Positions 21,964 to 31,763 of a stretch of DNA of 64,000 nt are shown here, in pieces. The DNA is from Firmicutes bacterium UBA6811. Its GTDB lineage: Bacteria; Bacillota; SHA-98; UBA4971. The translations under genes and the position numbers were made by a program. The stretch covers positions 1,329 to 65,328 of the forward strand of contig DKEX01000081.1 in NCBI GenBank assembly GCA_002452295.1, read 5' to 3'. Each line of letters begins with the position of its first letter. Positions within the stretch are counted from its first letter, which is position 1. A model generated the notes under the pieces. The model saw only the letters and a list, made by a program, of their open reading frames with translations. It had not been told where the DNA came from and ran no database searches.

Positions 21964-23003
21964 TACGAGCCCTCCTTTCGGAACGCCGTCAGCACAAGGT
22001 TATCCTGTCTCTCGATCTCCACGCGTATGCCCCATGGCTTGAGGCTGTTCCGGATGAGCTCGAGGCTGCTCGCAAGAAGCTCGGGGTCTCCCACGGCCCG
22101 CAGGACAACGGGGTTCACCGTGATCGGCTGCTGGTTCACAAGAAGGAGCGGGCCTGCGCTCCTGATGGACGACGCGGCCACGAGCCTCTGCCCGCCGACC
22201 TCCACGCCCGATGCCCCCGCGGCGAAGAGCTCGTTCACCATGTCCCTGATGTCCTTCTCCTGGACCACATCCTCCCTGGAGAACCCTCCGGGGGCATCGT
22301 ACACCCTGACGACTATCCCCGCGCCCTCGAGGGGGCTGTAGCCTGCCGCCCTCCGCAGGCTCTCGAGGGCGGAGCGGAGGTTGTCCAGCTCAGCCTGGAG
22401 GAGCCGGAGGGCATCCTGCGTCGTCCTGGGCGCTATCAGGGACGCCTTGCCGCTCAGGACCTCGACCTCGACAGGCCCGGCCAGGTTTGCGAGGAGGGGC
22501 TCGGCCCGCAGGCGCGAGGTCGTGTCCGGCGAGAGGGCAAGGTCCTTGGCCTCCACCGTGACCTGGCCGTCCTTGCCCCGCGCCACGGTGATGACCGTCC
22601 TCCCGGTCGCGCTCCTTGCGACCGGGTCCTGGCTCACGATCCAGAGCACCAGCTCTCTCCGCCGGTTCTCCTCCTCGCGGGCTATCACGTCCTGCACCGC
22701 CCTGCCGTAGGTTGCGATGGCAGACGCGATCTCCTCGCCGCTCACAGCCTGCTCTATCTCGAACTTGAACTTGGCGAGGGCATCTCTCACCGCGGAGTTC
22801 CTGGCAAGGCCCGACTGAGCGCAGACCGTCTCGTAGTACTCGGCAAGGGCCCTGGCCCCGCCGCGCACGATCTCGGTGTCTGTGATCTCTCCGGGAAACC
22901 TCAGGAGATCCAGCGACCGGGCCAACATGGCGACGTTCGCAGCCATGAGGAGAACAAGGACCACAATGACAGTCCTCATGCCAGTTCCCGAAGACTCTCG
23001 CAT
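21963..23003 (-). CDS. DUF881-family membrane protein, copy 1
   Basis: Has the same C-terminal block, REDVVQEKDIRDMVNELFAAGASGVEVGGQRLVAASSIRSAGPLLLVNQQPITVNPVVLRAVGDP. The ATG at 23003 has an AGGGAGG SD. The track ORF extends to 23246. Confidence 0.7.
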   Translation of the reverse strand: MRESSGTGMRTVIVVLVLLMAANVAMLARSLDLLRFPGEITDTEIVRGGARALAEYYETVCAQSGLARNSAVRDALAKFKFEIEQAVSGEEIASAIATYGRAVQDVIAREEENRRRELVLWIVSQDPVARSATGRTVITVARGKDGQVTVEAKDLALSPDTTSRLRAEPLLANLAGPVEVEVLSGKASLIAPRTTQDALRLLQAELDNLRSALESLRRAAGYSPLEGAGIVVRVYDAPGGFSREDVVQEKDIRDMVNELFAAGASGVEVGGQRLVAASSIRSAGPLLLVNQQPITVNPVVLRAVGDPELLASSLELIRNSLKPWGIRVEIERQDNLVLTAFRKEGS

Positions 23004-23188
23004 GCCCCGCGCCTCCCTGTTCCGACTCGTCCCCATTATAGCAGAAACGCCCCGCCGCATCCACAAGAGTCCGGAGGGCGGCCACAAGGACCCGGGGACG
23101 CGGCGGCGTATATTGTTTACTTGATGGGGCGCTCGACTGCGCCCCCCCCCGGGATATCCTTGTCCGTTGGAAGGAGGAGGGTGCTGCC

Positions 23189-24091
23189 ATGACGTGCTCC
23201 CCGACGATGGCGTTCCTCGCGGTGCTTGCGCTCGTCGCCACCTCATTGCAGGGGCAGGCGCGCGCTTCGTCCCCTGAGAGGTGGTTCGTGAGAGGAGAGA
23301 CGGCTGACGTGCGGTCTGAACCGGCCGACGGCGCGGAGCGCGTCACCCAGGCGCATCCTGGCACCGAGGTCGTCGTCATCGAGCAGGCCGGCGACTGGGC
23401 GAAGGTACGCATCCCGGCGCAGGGCAACTACCCGGGCTGGATGCGAACATCTGACCTGGTACCCGCGCGAAAGGCCCAGGCGTTCGCGTCCGCCCGGCAG
23501 CTTGCCGTGGTTCGTGTTGCGCGGACCTCCGTGCTCGAGAGCGCCTCCAGCGGCGGGCGAGCGGTGGCAGAGGTTACCCTCGGTGCGATCCTCGGCGTGC
23601 CCGGCAGGGGCGGCGGGTTCGTGCGGGTGGTAGTTCCCGGCGGCGACCCGGGGTATGTGCGCGACGACGCGGTGGCCGTGTATGACAGGGACGGCACGCC
23701 GCCGCGGCGGGGAACGGATGGCATCATCAGCACGGCGATGCAGCTTGTGGGCGTCCCATACCTGTGGGGCGGCATGGGCGTAGACGGAGTGGACTGCTCG
23801 GGCTTCGTGTACACGGTGTTCTACGTGAACGGCGTCGTGCTCCCGCGCGACGCCCACGAGCAATACCAGGTCGGCGTGCCGGTCGATCGCCATCACCTTC
23901 GGCCGGGAGATCTCGTGTTCTACTCCACCTACGCTGCAGGGCCGTCGCACGTGGGAATCTACATCGGCGAGCACAGGGTCATCCAGTCTGGCTCCGGCAC
24001 AGGCGGGGTCGCCGTGATCGACCTCGACGACCCGCACTACGGGCCGAAATACATCGGGGCGCGGCGCGTGATCGGGGCCAAGGGTAGATAG
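23189..24091 (+). CDS. NlpC/P60-family peptidoglycan endopeptidase with N-terminal SH3b-like domains
   Basis: A signal peptide, two SH3-like repeats, and the C40 catalytic triad context DCSGFVYTVF...GPSHVGIYIG. A strong SD, GGAAGGAGGAGGG, precedes the ATG. Confidence 0.85.
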   Translation: MTCSPTMAFLAVLALVATSLQGQARASSPERWFVRGETADVRSEPADGAERVTQAHPGTEVVVIEQAGDWAKVRIPAQGNYPGWMRTSDLVPARKAQAFASARQLAVVRVARTSVLESASSGGRAVAEVTLGAILGVPGRGGGFVRVVVPGGDPGYVRDDAVAVYDRDGTPPRRGTDGIISTAMQLVGVPYLWGGMGVDGVDCSGFVYTVFYVNGVVLPRDAHEQYQVGVPVDRHHLRPGDLVFYSTYAAGPSHVGIYIGEHRVIQSGSGTGGVAVIDLDDPHYGPKYIGARRVIGAKGR

Positions 24092-24103
24092 CCCGATTTC
24101 AGG

Positions 24104-24487
24104 CTAAAGGGGACCAAGGAGAGAACGGGCCACGGCGAGGAGCCTCGGCCCGAGCACCGCGCATCCCACTGCTGCGGCCGCCGCCGCGCTCACCAGCACG
24201 GTGCCCGCAGCTATGTCCTTCACGGTCTTCACCCGGATCTCCCAGGTGGAGCACGCCAGGTTGCAGACGGCCTCGAGCGCCGTGTTTACAAGCTCGCATA
24301 TGAGCACGAGCGCGATGGCGATGACAAGGCACGCAAGCTCGGGCCCAGATACCCGGAGGGCGGCCGATGCCGCGAGCACGGTGGCGGCAGCGGCGAAGTG
24401 GATGCGCATGTTGCGCTCGGTGGCGAGCACAGCCCTTACGCCCTGCACGGCGCAGCGGAAGCTCTCACCGAGCGACCTGGTCTTCAC
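24104..24487 (-). CDS. dgkA: Diacylglycerol/undecaprenol kinase
   Basis: 127 aa and 3-TM DAGK_prokar-like, with NMRIHF...ELVNTALEAV. There is a 4-nt overlap with ybeY. Confidence 0.7.
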   Translation of the reverse strand: MKTRSLGESFRCAVQGVRAVLATERNMRIHFAAAATVLAASAALRVSGPELACLVIAIALVLICELVNTALEAVCNLACSTWEIRVKTVKDIAAGTVLVSAAAAAAVGCAVLGPRLLAVARSLLGPL

Positions 24488-24990
24488 GACCCACCACTCC
24501 CGTTCTTGCCGGCGTCGGGGATCCCCGGGGCGACAACGGCGAGGATCTCCCGTTCGCGTGCCTCCATTTCCCTGGCGTCGTCGTCGTTCTCGTGATCGTA
24601 CCCGAGAAGGTGAAGAAGCCCATGGATCGCCAGCACGATCGCGTGGCGGCCAAGCCCCCCAGGCTCCGGGGCCTCCCGCGAGGCAGTCTCCAGAGAGATG
24701 ACTATGTCACCCAGAACCGCCGGCTCCCCCGGGACCTCGTGGTCATCCATGCCGAAGGACAGCACATCGGTGGGCGCGTCCTTCCCGCGGAATCGGCAGT
24801 TGAGCTCGCGGATGCGGTCGTCGTCCACAAGGGCCATGCTGACCTCGATCCCGGTGGGGTCCAGCCCCACGCACGCAAGCGCGACCGTCACGGCGCGGTC
24901 CAGGGCGGTCGAAAGCTCCCCGGTGACCTCCGTTTTCTCCTGCAGGTTCACGATATCAACCGGCACCCGCGATCCCCCCACCACGGACAA
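24484..24990 (-). CDS. ybeY: Endoribonuclease YbeY (rRNA maturation factor)
   Basis: Zinc-binding motif HGLLHLLGYDHE, plus GKDAPTDVLSF. Confidence 0.88.
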   Translation of the reverse strand: MSVVGGSRVPVDIVNLQEKTEVTGELSTALDRAVTVALACVGLDPTGIEVSMALVDDDRIRELNCRFRGKDAPTDVLSFGMDDHEVPGEPAVLGDIVISLETASREAPEPGGLGRHAIVLAIHGLLHLLGYDHENDDDAREMEAREREILAVVAPGIPDAGKNGSGGS

Positions 24991-24999
24991 AAACGAACC

Positions 25000-27192
25000 C
25001 TACGCGCGCTTCGACTCCAGATCCTTGAGGCTCACGTCGGGATACTCGAGCCTGGCGTGGAACACTCCCGTCAGGACCCGCACGAACGCCCGGGCGACCC
25101 CGTCCAGGTCCTTGAGCGTCAGGTTGCACTCGTCAAACTGGCCGTCCGCCAGCCGCTCCTTTATTATCTTCCGAACCAGCCCCTCGATGCGGCCGGGGGT
25201 CGGTTTCGCCAGCGACCGCACCGCCGCCTCCACGGAGTCAGCCAGCATGACTATGGCGGCTTCCTTCGTCTGGGGCTTGGGGCCGGGGTAACGGAAATCC
25301 TTCTCGTCAACAGACTCCTCCCGCGCGCCGTCGGTCGCCTTGTGATAGAAGTACGGCACCAGGCTGGTTCCGTGATGCTCGCGAATCATGTCGATGATGG
25401 CCTCCGGGAGCCTGTGCCGGAGCCCCATCTCGACCCCGTCCTTTACATGGGACGTTATCACGAGGGTGCTCAGGGTCGGCGCTATCTTGTCGTGGGGATT
25501 GTCCTGCATGAGCTGGTTCTCCACGAAGAAGTACGGCCTTTTCATCTTGCCCACGTCGTGATAGTACGACCCCACCCGCACGAGAAGCGAGTCCGCCCCC
25601 ACAGCCTCCGCTGCGGCCTCGGCGAGGTTCCCAACGATTATGCTGTGATGGTAGGTTCCCGGGGCCTCCACCAGAAGCTTTCGAAGGAGCGGCTGGGTCG
25701 GGTTGGAGAGCTCGAGCAGCCTCACGGGGGAGGTCATGCGGAACAGGTTCTCGAAAAAAGGCAGAAAGCCGATGGTCACCACGGTGGACAGAACGCCGTT
25801 TATGACCCCGAGGTACCAGAACCGCGAGATGGACGGGTCCCCCGACGCAGGACCGATGGCGGCTATGGCCGCGGCCCCTGCTGCACCCACCACCGCACCC
25901 GCTCGCATGAGGTCGGAGCGCTCAGATATCCTGGTAACGCAGAACGTGCCGGCGAGCCCCGAGACCGCGGCGAATGTGGCCACGGGAAACGACCCTCCGC
26001 CGATCACCCCGGCAAGAGCGCCGAACACCATCGCGGAGAGGGCTGAAAGCCTCGCGTCCAGCAGCACGGCTATGAGCATGGTCCCCAGGCTCACAGGCAC
26101 CAGAAATCCCGCGCCCGGCCACGGAATCTGGCATATCACCGCGGTCGCAACGGCGATCATCAGCACGACGGTGCCGAGAAGCAAGAGGAGCCTGGCATTG
26201 TAGAGAATGTCGCGCCTGTGGAGGTACAGGTACGCCCCGATTGTGGACACCAACACCAGCACGAGGACGATGATGCTGCCCAGCATGAACGGGTTGAACC
26301 TGGGAGCGAGAAGACCGAGGTCCTGCAAGATGGCGATGTGGTCCTCGTTGGCGATCTCCCCGCGCCTGATGACGACCTGGCCTTTCAGGATCATCACCGG
26401 CTTGACCTGGCGCATGGCGGCCTCGCGCGCCCTCTCCACCTTGCCGGGGTTCAGGACGAGGTTCGGGCTTATCTGGCTCGTCACGACCTCCGTAACGGCC
26501 TTCTGCGTGGCCTGGGGCAGGTCCAGGGACTGCACGCTGTCCATGGCGCGTTTTGTTGCGGCATCCAGCGTCTCCTTGCTGACACGCATCTCGCGCATGA
26601 TGCCGCCAACCACCGCCTTGGCGCCCGCCCTGGCCGAGTCAAACTCCTGCCCGGAGAGGCTCATGAGGGTGGCCACTGTCTCGCGCGAGAGCTTCGTGCC
26701 GAAATCCCTCGCGGCCCGGGCCACGAATCGGGAGACGGCGTCGTCGATACCGCCGCCCCGCCGGCCCGGCTGACCTGCCTCACCGTCCACCCCCTGTTGC
26801 AGCACGCCGATCTTGCGGCGCTCCTCGCCGATGGCGTTGAACACGAGGTCTATGGTGTCCTCGGCGCTGATGCTCGCGGCAAGGCTGATGTCGTAGTTTG
26901 CCGGCGACGCGTTGGCCTCCCTTATGGCCTCCCTCCCCGCCTCCTCGCGCAGCCGCTCGGTGGCCGGGCGATTGATGATGTCGCGGGACGCCTCCACATC
27001 CACCCTGCTGGGCTGGCCTACCTCGAGGTCAACGCGCCTGGGGACGAGGATCGCCGACAGGATCAACACGAGGCCGATGATGACGCCGACAGTCACCAGG
27101 GCACGATGAAACGTGGGGTCGACGAGAAACCCGAGCCCCCTACCGGATCTCGCCGACACGTTTGCAGCAGGCTTCCCCATGGGACTAGGCAC
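25000..27192 (-). CDS. pgpH: 7TM-receptor with intracellular HD hydrolase (PgpH/YqfF family, c-di-AMP phosphodiesterase-like)
   Basis: An extracellular N-terminal domain, 7 TM helices, and a C-terminal HD domain (YYHDVGK). It sits in the conserved position between phoH and ybeY. Confidence 0.85.
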   Translation of the reverse strand: MPSPMGKPAANVSARSGRGLGFLVDPTFHRALVTVGVIIGLVLILSAILVPRRVDLEVGQPSRVDVEASRDIINRPATERLREEAGREAIREANASPANYDISLAASISAEDTIDLVFNAIGEERRKIGVLQQGVDGEAGQPGRRGGGIDDAVSRFVARAARDFGTKLSRETVATLMSLSGQEFDSARAGAKAVVGGIMREMRVSKETLDAATKRAMDSVQSLDLPQATQKAVTEVVTSQISPNLVLNPGKVERAREAAMRQVKPVMILKGQVVIRRGEIANEDHIAILQDLGLLAPRFNPFMLGSIIVLVLVLVSTIGAYLYLHRRDILYNARLLLLLGTVVLMIAVATAVICQIPWPGAGFLVPVSLGTMLIAVLLDARLSALSAMVFGALAGVIGGGSFPVATFAAVSGLAGTFCVTRISERSDLMRAGAVVGAAGAAAIAAIGPASGDPSISRFWYLGVINGVLSTVVTIGFLPFFENLFRMTSPVRLLELSNPTQPLLRKLLVEAPGTYHHSIIVGNLAEAAAEAVGADSLLVRVGSYYHDVGKMKRPYFFVENQLMQDNPHDKIAPTLSTLVITSHVKDGVEMGLRHRLPEAIIDMIREHHGTSLVPYFYHKATDGAREESVDEKDFRYPGPKPQTKEAAIVMLADSVEAAVRSLAKPTPGRIEGLVRKIIKERLADGQFDECNLTLKDLDGVARAFVRVLTGVFHARLEYPDVSLKDLESKRA

Positions 27193-27203
27193 CTCGCTCC
27201 CCC

Positions 27204-28181
27204 CTATGCCTCTTCCTTGTCGCGTTCGTGCCTCTCGTAGGCCCTGATGACCTTCTGGACCAGATCGTTACGGACCACATCCCTGTCAGTGAGGTACACG
27301 AACTCGACCCCCTCGACACCGCCCAGGATGTGCTGGACCTCCTCGAGGCCCGAGAACTTCCGGCTCGGAAGGTCGGTCTGGGTGAGGTCCCCGGTCACCA
27401 CCACCCTGGAGCCGAATCCCATTCTGGTCAGGAACATTTTCATCTGCTCGTGCGTGGTGTTCTGCGCCTCATCCAGGATAATGAAGGAGTCGTCGAGGGT
27501 TCGCCCGCGCATGTACGCAAGAGGCGCAATCTCGATGATTCCCCTCTCCATGTGCTTCCTGAACGTGTCGACACCGATGATGTCATATATGGCATCGTAA
27601 AGGGGCCTCAGGTACGGATCGACCTTCTCCTGGAGATCCCCGGGGAGGAAGCCCAGCTTCTCACCGGCCTCGACCACCGGGCGGGTGAGCACGATCCGTG
27701 ATATCTCCTTGTTCTTCAGCGCCGATATCGCCATCGCCATGGCGAGGTAGGTCTTGCCTGTGCCCGCGGGACCGATGGCGAACACCATGCCTGACCTTCT
27801 CATGGCCTCGACGTATCTCTTCTGGCCCAGGGTCTTGGGGCATATCCGCTTGCCTCTCGTGGTAACCTGGACCACATCGCTCATGACGTCCACGAGGCTT
27901 GTCCCACTGCCTTCTCTTGCCATGTCTATGGCGTACCTGATATCACCCGACGTCACACGGTGGCCGGCCCTCACGATCTCCAGGAGCTCTGCGAGCACCT
28001 GGTGTGCCCTGGCCACCCTCGCGGGGTCGCCGTCTATGGCCAGGTCATCCCCGCGAGACGATACGACGACGCCGAGCTCCTTCTCTATGAGCCTCAGGGT
28101 CTCATCGCGTCTGCCGAAGAGGGCCATCGCCTCATGGATATCCCTGAGCGGCAGCCTTTCCTCAGCGGCCTGTACGTTCAA
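27204..28181 (-). CDS. phoH: PhoH-like ATPase
   Basis: Walker A motif GPAGTGKTYLAMA. It has the conserved phoH-yqfF-ybeY arrangement. Confidence 0.9.
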   Translation of the reverse strand: MNVQAAEERLPLRDIHEAMALFGRRDETLRLIEKELGVVVSSRGDDLAIDGDPARVARAHQVLAELLEIVRAGHRVTSGDIRYAIDMAREGSGTSLVDVMSDVVQVTTRGKRICPKTLGQKRYVEAMRRSGMVFAIGPAGTGKTYLAMAMAISALKNKEISRIVLTRPVVEAGEKLGFLPGDLQEKVDPYLRPLYDAIYDIIGVDTFRKHMERGIIEIAPLAYMRGRTLDDSFIILDEAQNTTHEQMKMFLTRMGFGSRVVVTGDLTQTDLPSRKFSGLEEVQHILGGVEGVEFVYLTDRDVVRNDLVQKVIRAYERHERDKEEA

Positions 28182-29373
28182 TGCCCTGCTTTTCCCTCCT
28201 CTCCCTCGCTATGTCCTCGCTGGTCTCAATCGTCATGGTGTATGTCAGCGCTCCGCCTTGAGAGTACCTGACGTCTTCCCTCTCGTCAAGAACCCTGGCG
28301 CCCTGCGGCAGCCTTGCCGTGAGGGCGCTGCGAGCCCTGGCGCGGGCCTCTGCCAGAACATCCTCCCTGTCGAGGACCTCGGTGCGGCGCACCACCTCGC
28401 GATAAGTCGTGACATCGATCCCGAGGAGGGCCTCCTTCCCACGGCCGGGACACAGCGTGTACGACCTCTGTTCCTCCTCATAGTCCGCAAAGGGCGCCGT
28501 CTTCGGCCCCAGCGTGAACTTTAGCCCACCAAGCTCCACGCGACGCACCCGGGCCACCTTGCTGGTCTCGGTGACGATCTCCCTGACGAGCTTCAAGGTC
28601 TCCGAATGGGCGCGCCAGACTCTGCCCAGCACTATCCCCCGGGCGTTCACGAACTCGGGCGGCTTCTCGTCGCCGCCTTCGGGCCGAAGGATGATCCCGG
28701 CGACGAGCACCTGCCCTTTTGTAACCGTTTCGCCCTCGCTTACGACCGGCTCCCCGGATAGCACGATCATGTTCGTGACCAGAGCGTCCTCGGCCGCCAC
28801 CACATCGACTATCCCGGCCACCATCTCAGGCAGGGTCTTCTCCACGACCTCTATGTTCACCATCGTTCCCCTGATGTGGACGGCAGCCCACGCGAGGTCG
28901 GGGATCTCGGCCATGATGAGCCTGGCAACCTCGCCCGGCTCGATTGACCTTCGGAGCACTCCCGGCCGCACGCCATGCTTTGCCGCCAGCCCGAGAACGG
29001 CCTCCGGCGTGGTCCTTTCGACCCCTCGGACCTCGACGAACCAGACGAACGACGACAGCACATACAGGGCGACAGAAAAGAGGATTGCACCGGCGACGAG
29101 GCCTCTTCGCCTGGCGAGCCTCCTTGCGATGAACGGCACGCCGACCTTCTCCTCGATTCGCCCCCGGCAATCCGTCTCCTTGAGTATGCGCCCCAGAGAT
29201 GGAAGGTCGCGAAGATAGGCCCTTGCCACGAGCGACCGGTCATCGACCCTGATGATGCCAAAGAGGTCTACCCCGCGCGCGACAACCGTGTTCACGAACC
29301 TCTCGAGGGACCTTCCCCTGACCCGTATTATAACATACCCCTTGATGTAAGACCACAGGTCCGCGAGGGCCAC
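28162..29373 (-). CDS. yqfD: Sporulation protein YqfD (stage IV sporulation)
   Basis: The N-terminus LWSYIKGYVIIRVRGRSLERFVNTVVARGVDL and a single TM segment resemble B. subtilis YqfD. The GTG at 29373 has a GGGAGGG SD. The 3' end overlaps phoH, as in Bacillus. Confidence 0.8.
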   Translation of the reverse strand: MALADLWSYIKGYVIIRVRGRSLERFVNTVVARGVDLFGIIRVDDRSLVARAYLRDLPSLGRILKETDCRGRIEEKVGVPFIARRLARRRGLVAGAILFSVALYVLSSFVWFVEVRGVERTTPEAVLGLAAKHGVRPGVLRRSIEPGEVARLIMAEIPDLAWAAVHIRGTMVNIEVVEKTLPEMVAGIVDVVAAEDALVTNMIVLSGEPVVSEGETVTKGQVLVAGIILRPEGGDEKPPEFVNARGIVLGRVWRAHSETLKLVREIVTETSKVARVRRVELGGLKFTLGPKTAPFADYEEEQRSYTLCPGRGKEALLGIDVTTYREVVRRTEVLDREDVLAEARARARSALTARLPQGARVLDEREDVRYSQGGALTYTMTIETSEDIARERREKQGIERTGR

Positions 29374-29437
29374 GCACCGTCCCTCCCCCCAGGAACCCGA
29401 GGGCCCCGGCCAGGTGCCGGACCCGTGGGGCCCGGCC

Positions 29438-29734
29438 TCACCCCCAGAGCCCGATCCGGTGTATACGTCCCTCGATGGCAATGTCCGTTTTCGTGATCCT
29501 GGAGATGCAAAGGCCCCTGCCCTCCACCGCGACCTCGCCCCTGGACGTCGCCACCCTGACCCTCTCCTGCGTGTACTCGACGATGCCCTGGTGGTTCTCC
29601 AGGGTGAGCTGCACGTTGCCGACGAGGACGATCCTCGGCATATCCAGGAGCACGTTCTTCGGAAGCTCGAAGATGTCGACGAGCTTCTCCTCCACGCGGC
29701 CGGTTATCCGCTCCTTGCTGTCCTCGTTCCGCAT
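29438..29734 (-). CDS. yqfC: Sporulation protein YqfC
   Basis: MRNEDSKERITGRVEEKLVDIFELPKNVLLDMPRIVLVGN... is the YqfC/YabP-family pattern. The ATG at 29734 has a GGGAGG SD. Confidence 0.7.
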   Translation of the reverse strand: MRNEDSKERITGRVEEKLVDIFELPKNVLLDMPRIVLVGNVQLTLENHQGIVEYTQERVRVATSRGEVAVEGRGLCISRITKTDIAIEGRIHRIGLWG

Positions 29735-30042
29735 CGTGCCTCCCGGGCCCTTCCAGCCGTCCCGGCCGTGTGAGCCCTGCCCCCTGGCACGCTGGCACCG
29801 CGCCCATCGCACGCAGTCAGGTATGGGTTCATGAGTTCGCGCCTGCTTTCCAGCGGGTTTTCCGCTTGCCGGTACCACATTTTGTCAAGGCGCCCCGCTT
29901 GGGGCGCCGTCCCCGGAGCCGAGCACCAGCAACCGACGGTAGCCCGGACTCTGGCAAAGCGGTACCGATTTGTGACGCTCCACTCAACACTACTAAATGT
30001 ATTCCTGTAGAAAGGGCAAGTTGCTCCTAGATTCTGTCACGA

Positions 30043-30078
30043 GACGACGAAGCCCGGCCGCTGCCGGGCTCCGTCGTC
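30043..30078 (-). terminator. 15/16-bp GC hairpin just downstream of yqfB, a candidate floA-operon terminator
   Basis: GACGACGAAGCCCGGC-CGCT-GCCGGGCTCCGTCGTC, 16 nt after the stop at 30094. It has only a weak U-tract. Confidence 0.4.
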
Positions 30079-30093
30079 ATTGCCTTACTCCGC

Positions 30094-30705
30094 TTACAGG
30101 TGGTCCTGGCGCCTGCGCCGACGCCTCAGCGCAAGGGGCGGGCCCAGCACCTCGGCGAGGACCACCGCACGCGCAAGCTCGGGTCCATCGAGGCGTCCAA
30201 TGACGCCGGCTGCGGCCTCCGAGGGCGCGGCCCGGCGCCCTGGGCGCTCGCGAGCACCTGCGGGTCGCCGGACAGCGTGGGCGTGGGCCGCCGGGCGACG
30301 GGCCCCCTGTCCGCCTGCCGTCCAGTCCTGCACGTCGTCCCACTCCAGGCTGATCCCTTCGCGGGATTGACCGGGCCTCACGCTCGTCCGGAGTGCCCCC
30401 TGCCTGCCGGGCTCGCCTGTCGTCGGGCGCGGGTGGAGCGCGGGTCTTGCGACGGGCACATCATGCGGTCTAGTGACCGGCTCGAGCTGGATCTCGGGCC
30501 CGCCTACCTCGTCCTGCGCGGGCTGCGCAGGAGCCGATGCAGGGCTCCCCGGCACCTCGCCACCGGTGCCAGGGGCTCGCAGGGGTGGCACGCTGGGCCA
30601 TGGGGCTCCCGCACTCCGTCCCCTCCCCTGACGCACCTTCGATATCGCCGCTATCACCATGGCAGCCATATAGAGCAGGAAAAGGACCCCGAAGATCGCA
30701 TCCAT
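30094..30705 (-). CDS. YqfB-like small membrane protein with a proline/arginine-rich linker
   Basis: An N-terminal TM segment, MDAIFGVLFLLYMAAMVIAAI, then a low-complexity region and the blocks ISLEWDDVQDWTAGG and AVVLAEVLGPP, reminiscent of B. subtilis YqfB. The ATG lies 8 nt after the floA stop. Support is weak. Confidence 0.5.
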   Translation of the reverse strand: MDAIFGVLFLLYMAAMVIAAISKVRQGRGRSAGAPWPSVPPLRAPGTGGEVPGSPASAPAQPAQDEVGGPEIQLEPVTRPHDVPVARPALHPRPTTGEPGRQGALRTSVRPGQSREGISLEWDDVQDWTAGGQGARRPAAHAHAVRRPAGARERPGRRAAPSEAAAGVIGRLDGPELARAVVLAEVLGPPLALRRRRRRQDHL

Positions 30706-30712
30706 CAGCTCA

Positions 30713-31729
30713 TCACTTCTTCTTGTCGTCTTCTTCAGGAGCCTCGACGGGCTCGTGCGGCTCGCCAACGCCTGCGATGGACTGCCTCATGCGCGTGTCG
30801 GCAAGCACGTTCTGAAGCTGATAGTAGTCGAGGGCTCCGAGCTTCCCGGAGCGAAGCGCGTCGGCGAGCGCCCTCGGCACCTCCGCCTCCGCCTGCACCA
30901 CCCTCGCCCGCATCTCCTGGACCTGCGCCTTCATCTCCTGCTCGCGGGCAAGCGCCGCGAACCTCCGCTCGGCCGCCTTGGCCTGTGCGATGTTCTTGTC
31001 GGCCTCCGCCTGGTCCATCTGGAGCTGGGCGCCGATGTTCCTGCCGACGTCCACGTCCGCGATGTCGATGGAGAGGATCTCGAACGCCGTGCCGGCGTCA
31101 AGGCCCTTGCTCAGCACAGTGCGGGAGATCTTGTCGGGGTTCTCCAGCACCTCCTTGTGGCTTTCCGCTGAGCCCACGGTGGTGACGACTCCCTCGCCGA
31201 CCCTGGCGATGATGGTGGCCTCACCCGCCCCGCCGACGAGCCTGTCGATGTTGGCCCTCACGGTGACCCGCGCCTTCGCCTTGAGTTCTATGCCGTCCTT
31301 TGCGATCGCGGCGACCATTGGCGTCTCGATGACCTTGGGGTTCACGCTCATCTGCACCGCCTCGAGCACGTTCCTGCCTGCCAGGTCGATGGCGCAGCCG
31401 CGCTCGAAGGTGAGGCTGATCTCCGCCCGCTGGGCCGCGATGAGGGCGTCCACCACCCGGTCCACGTTTCCGCCTGCCAGGAAGTGCGCCTCCAGCTTGT
31501 CAACACCGACATCCAGGCCTGCCTTGACGGCCTTGATGAGCGGCAGGACGATGCGCCCCGGCGGCACCCGGCGCAGGCGCATTCCGACCAGGGTGAAGAT
31601 GCCCACGTGCACCCCGGCCGCCCATGCCGATATCCAGAGCCCCACCGGTACGAAGTTCAGAAGCACGAGAAGACCCACGATGATGATGACCGGCAGAATC
31701 AGGAACGCGTAAGCCGCTCCCATTACCAT
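30713..31729 (-). CDS. floA: Flotillin-like protein FloA (YqfA, SPFH domain)
   Basis: N-terminal TM hairpin [40 protein letters not shown] and an SPFH core. It is followed by the NfeD partner, as in Bacillus. Confidence 0.85.
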   Translation of the reverse strand: MVMGAAYAFLILPVIIIVGLLVLLNFVPVGLWISAWAAGVHVGIFTLVGMRLRRVPPGRIVLPLIKAVKAGLDVGVDKLEAHFLAGGNVDRVVDALIAAQRAEISLTFERGCAIDLAGRNVLEAVQMSVNPKVIETPMVAAIAKDGIELKAKARVTVRANIDRLVGGAGEATIIARVGEGVVTTVGSAESHKEVLENPDKISRTVLSKGLDAGTAFEILSIDIADVDVGRNIGAQLQMDQAEADKNIAQAKAAERRFAALAREQEMKAQVQEMRARVVQAEAEVPRALADALRSGKLGALDYYQLQNVLADTRMRQSIAGVGEPHEPVEAPEEDDKKK

Positions 31730-31763
31730 TACCTCCTCTGCATAGTTGTGGCAAGAGCCCGGG

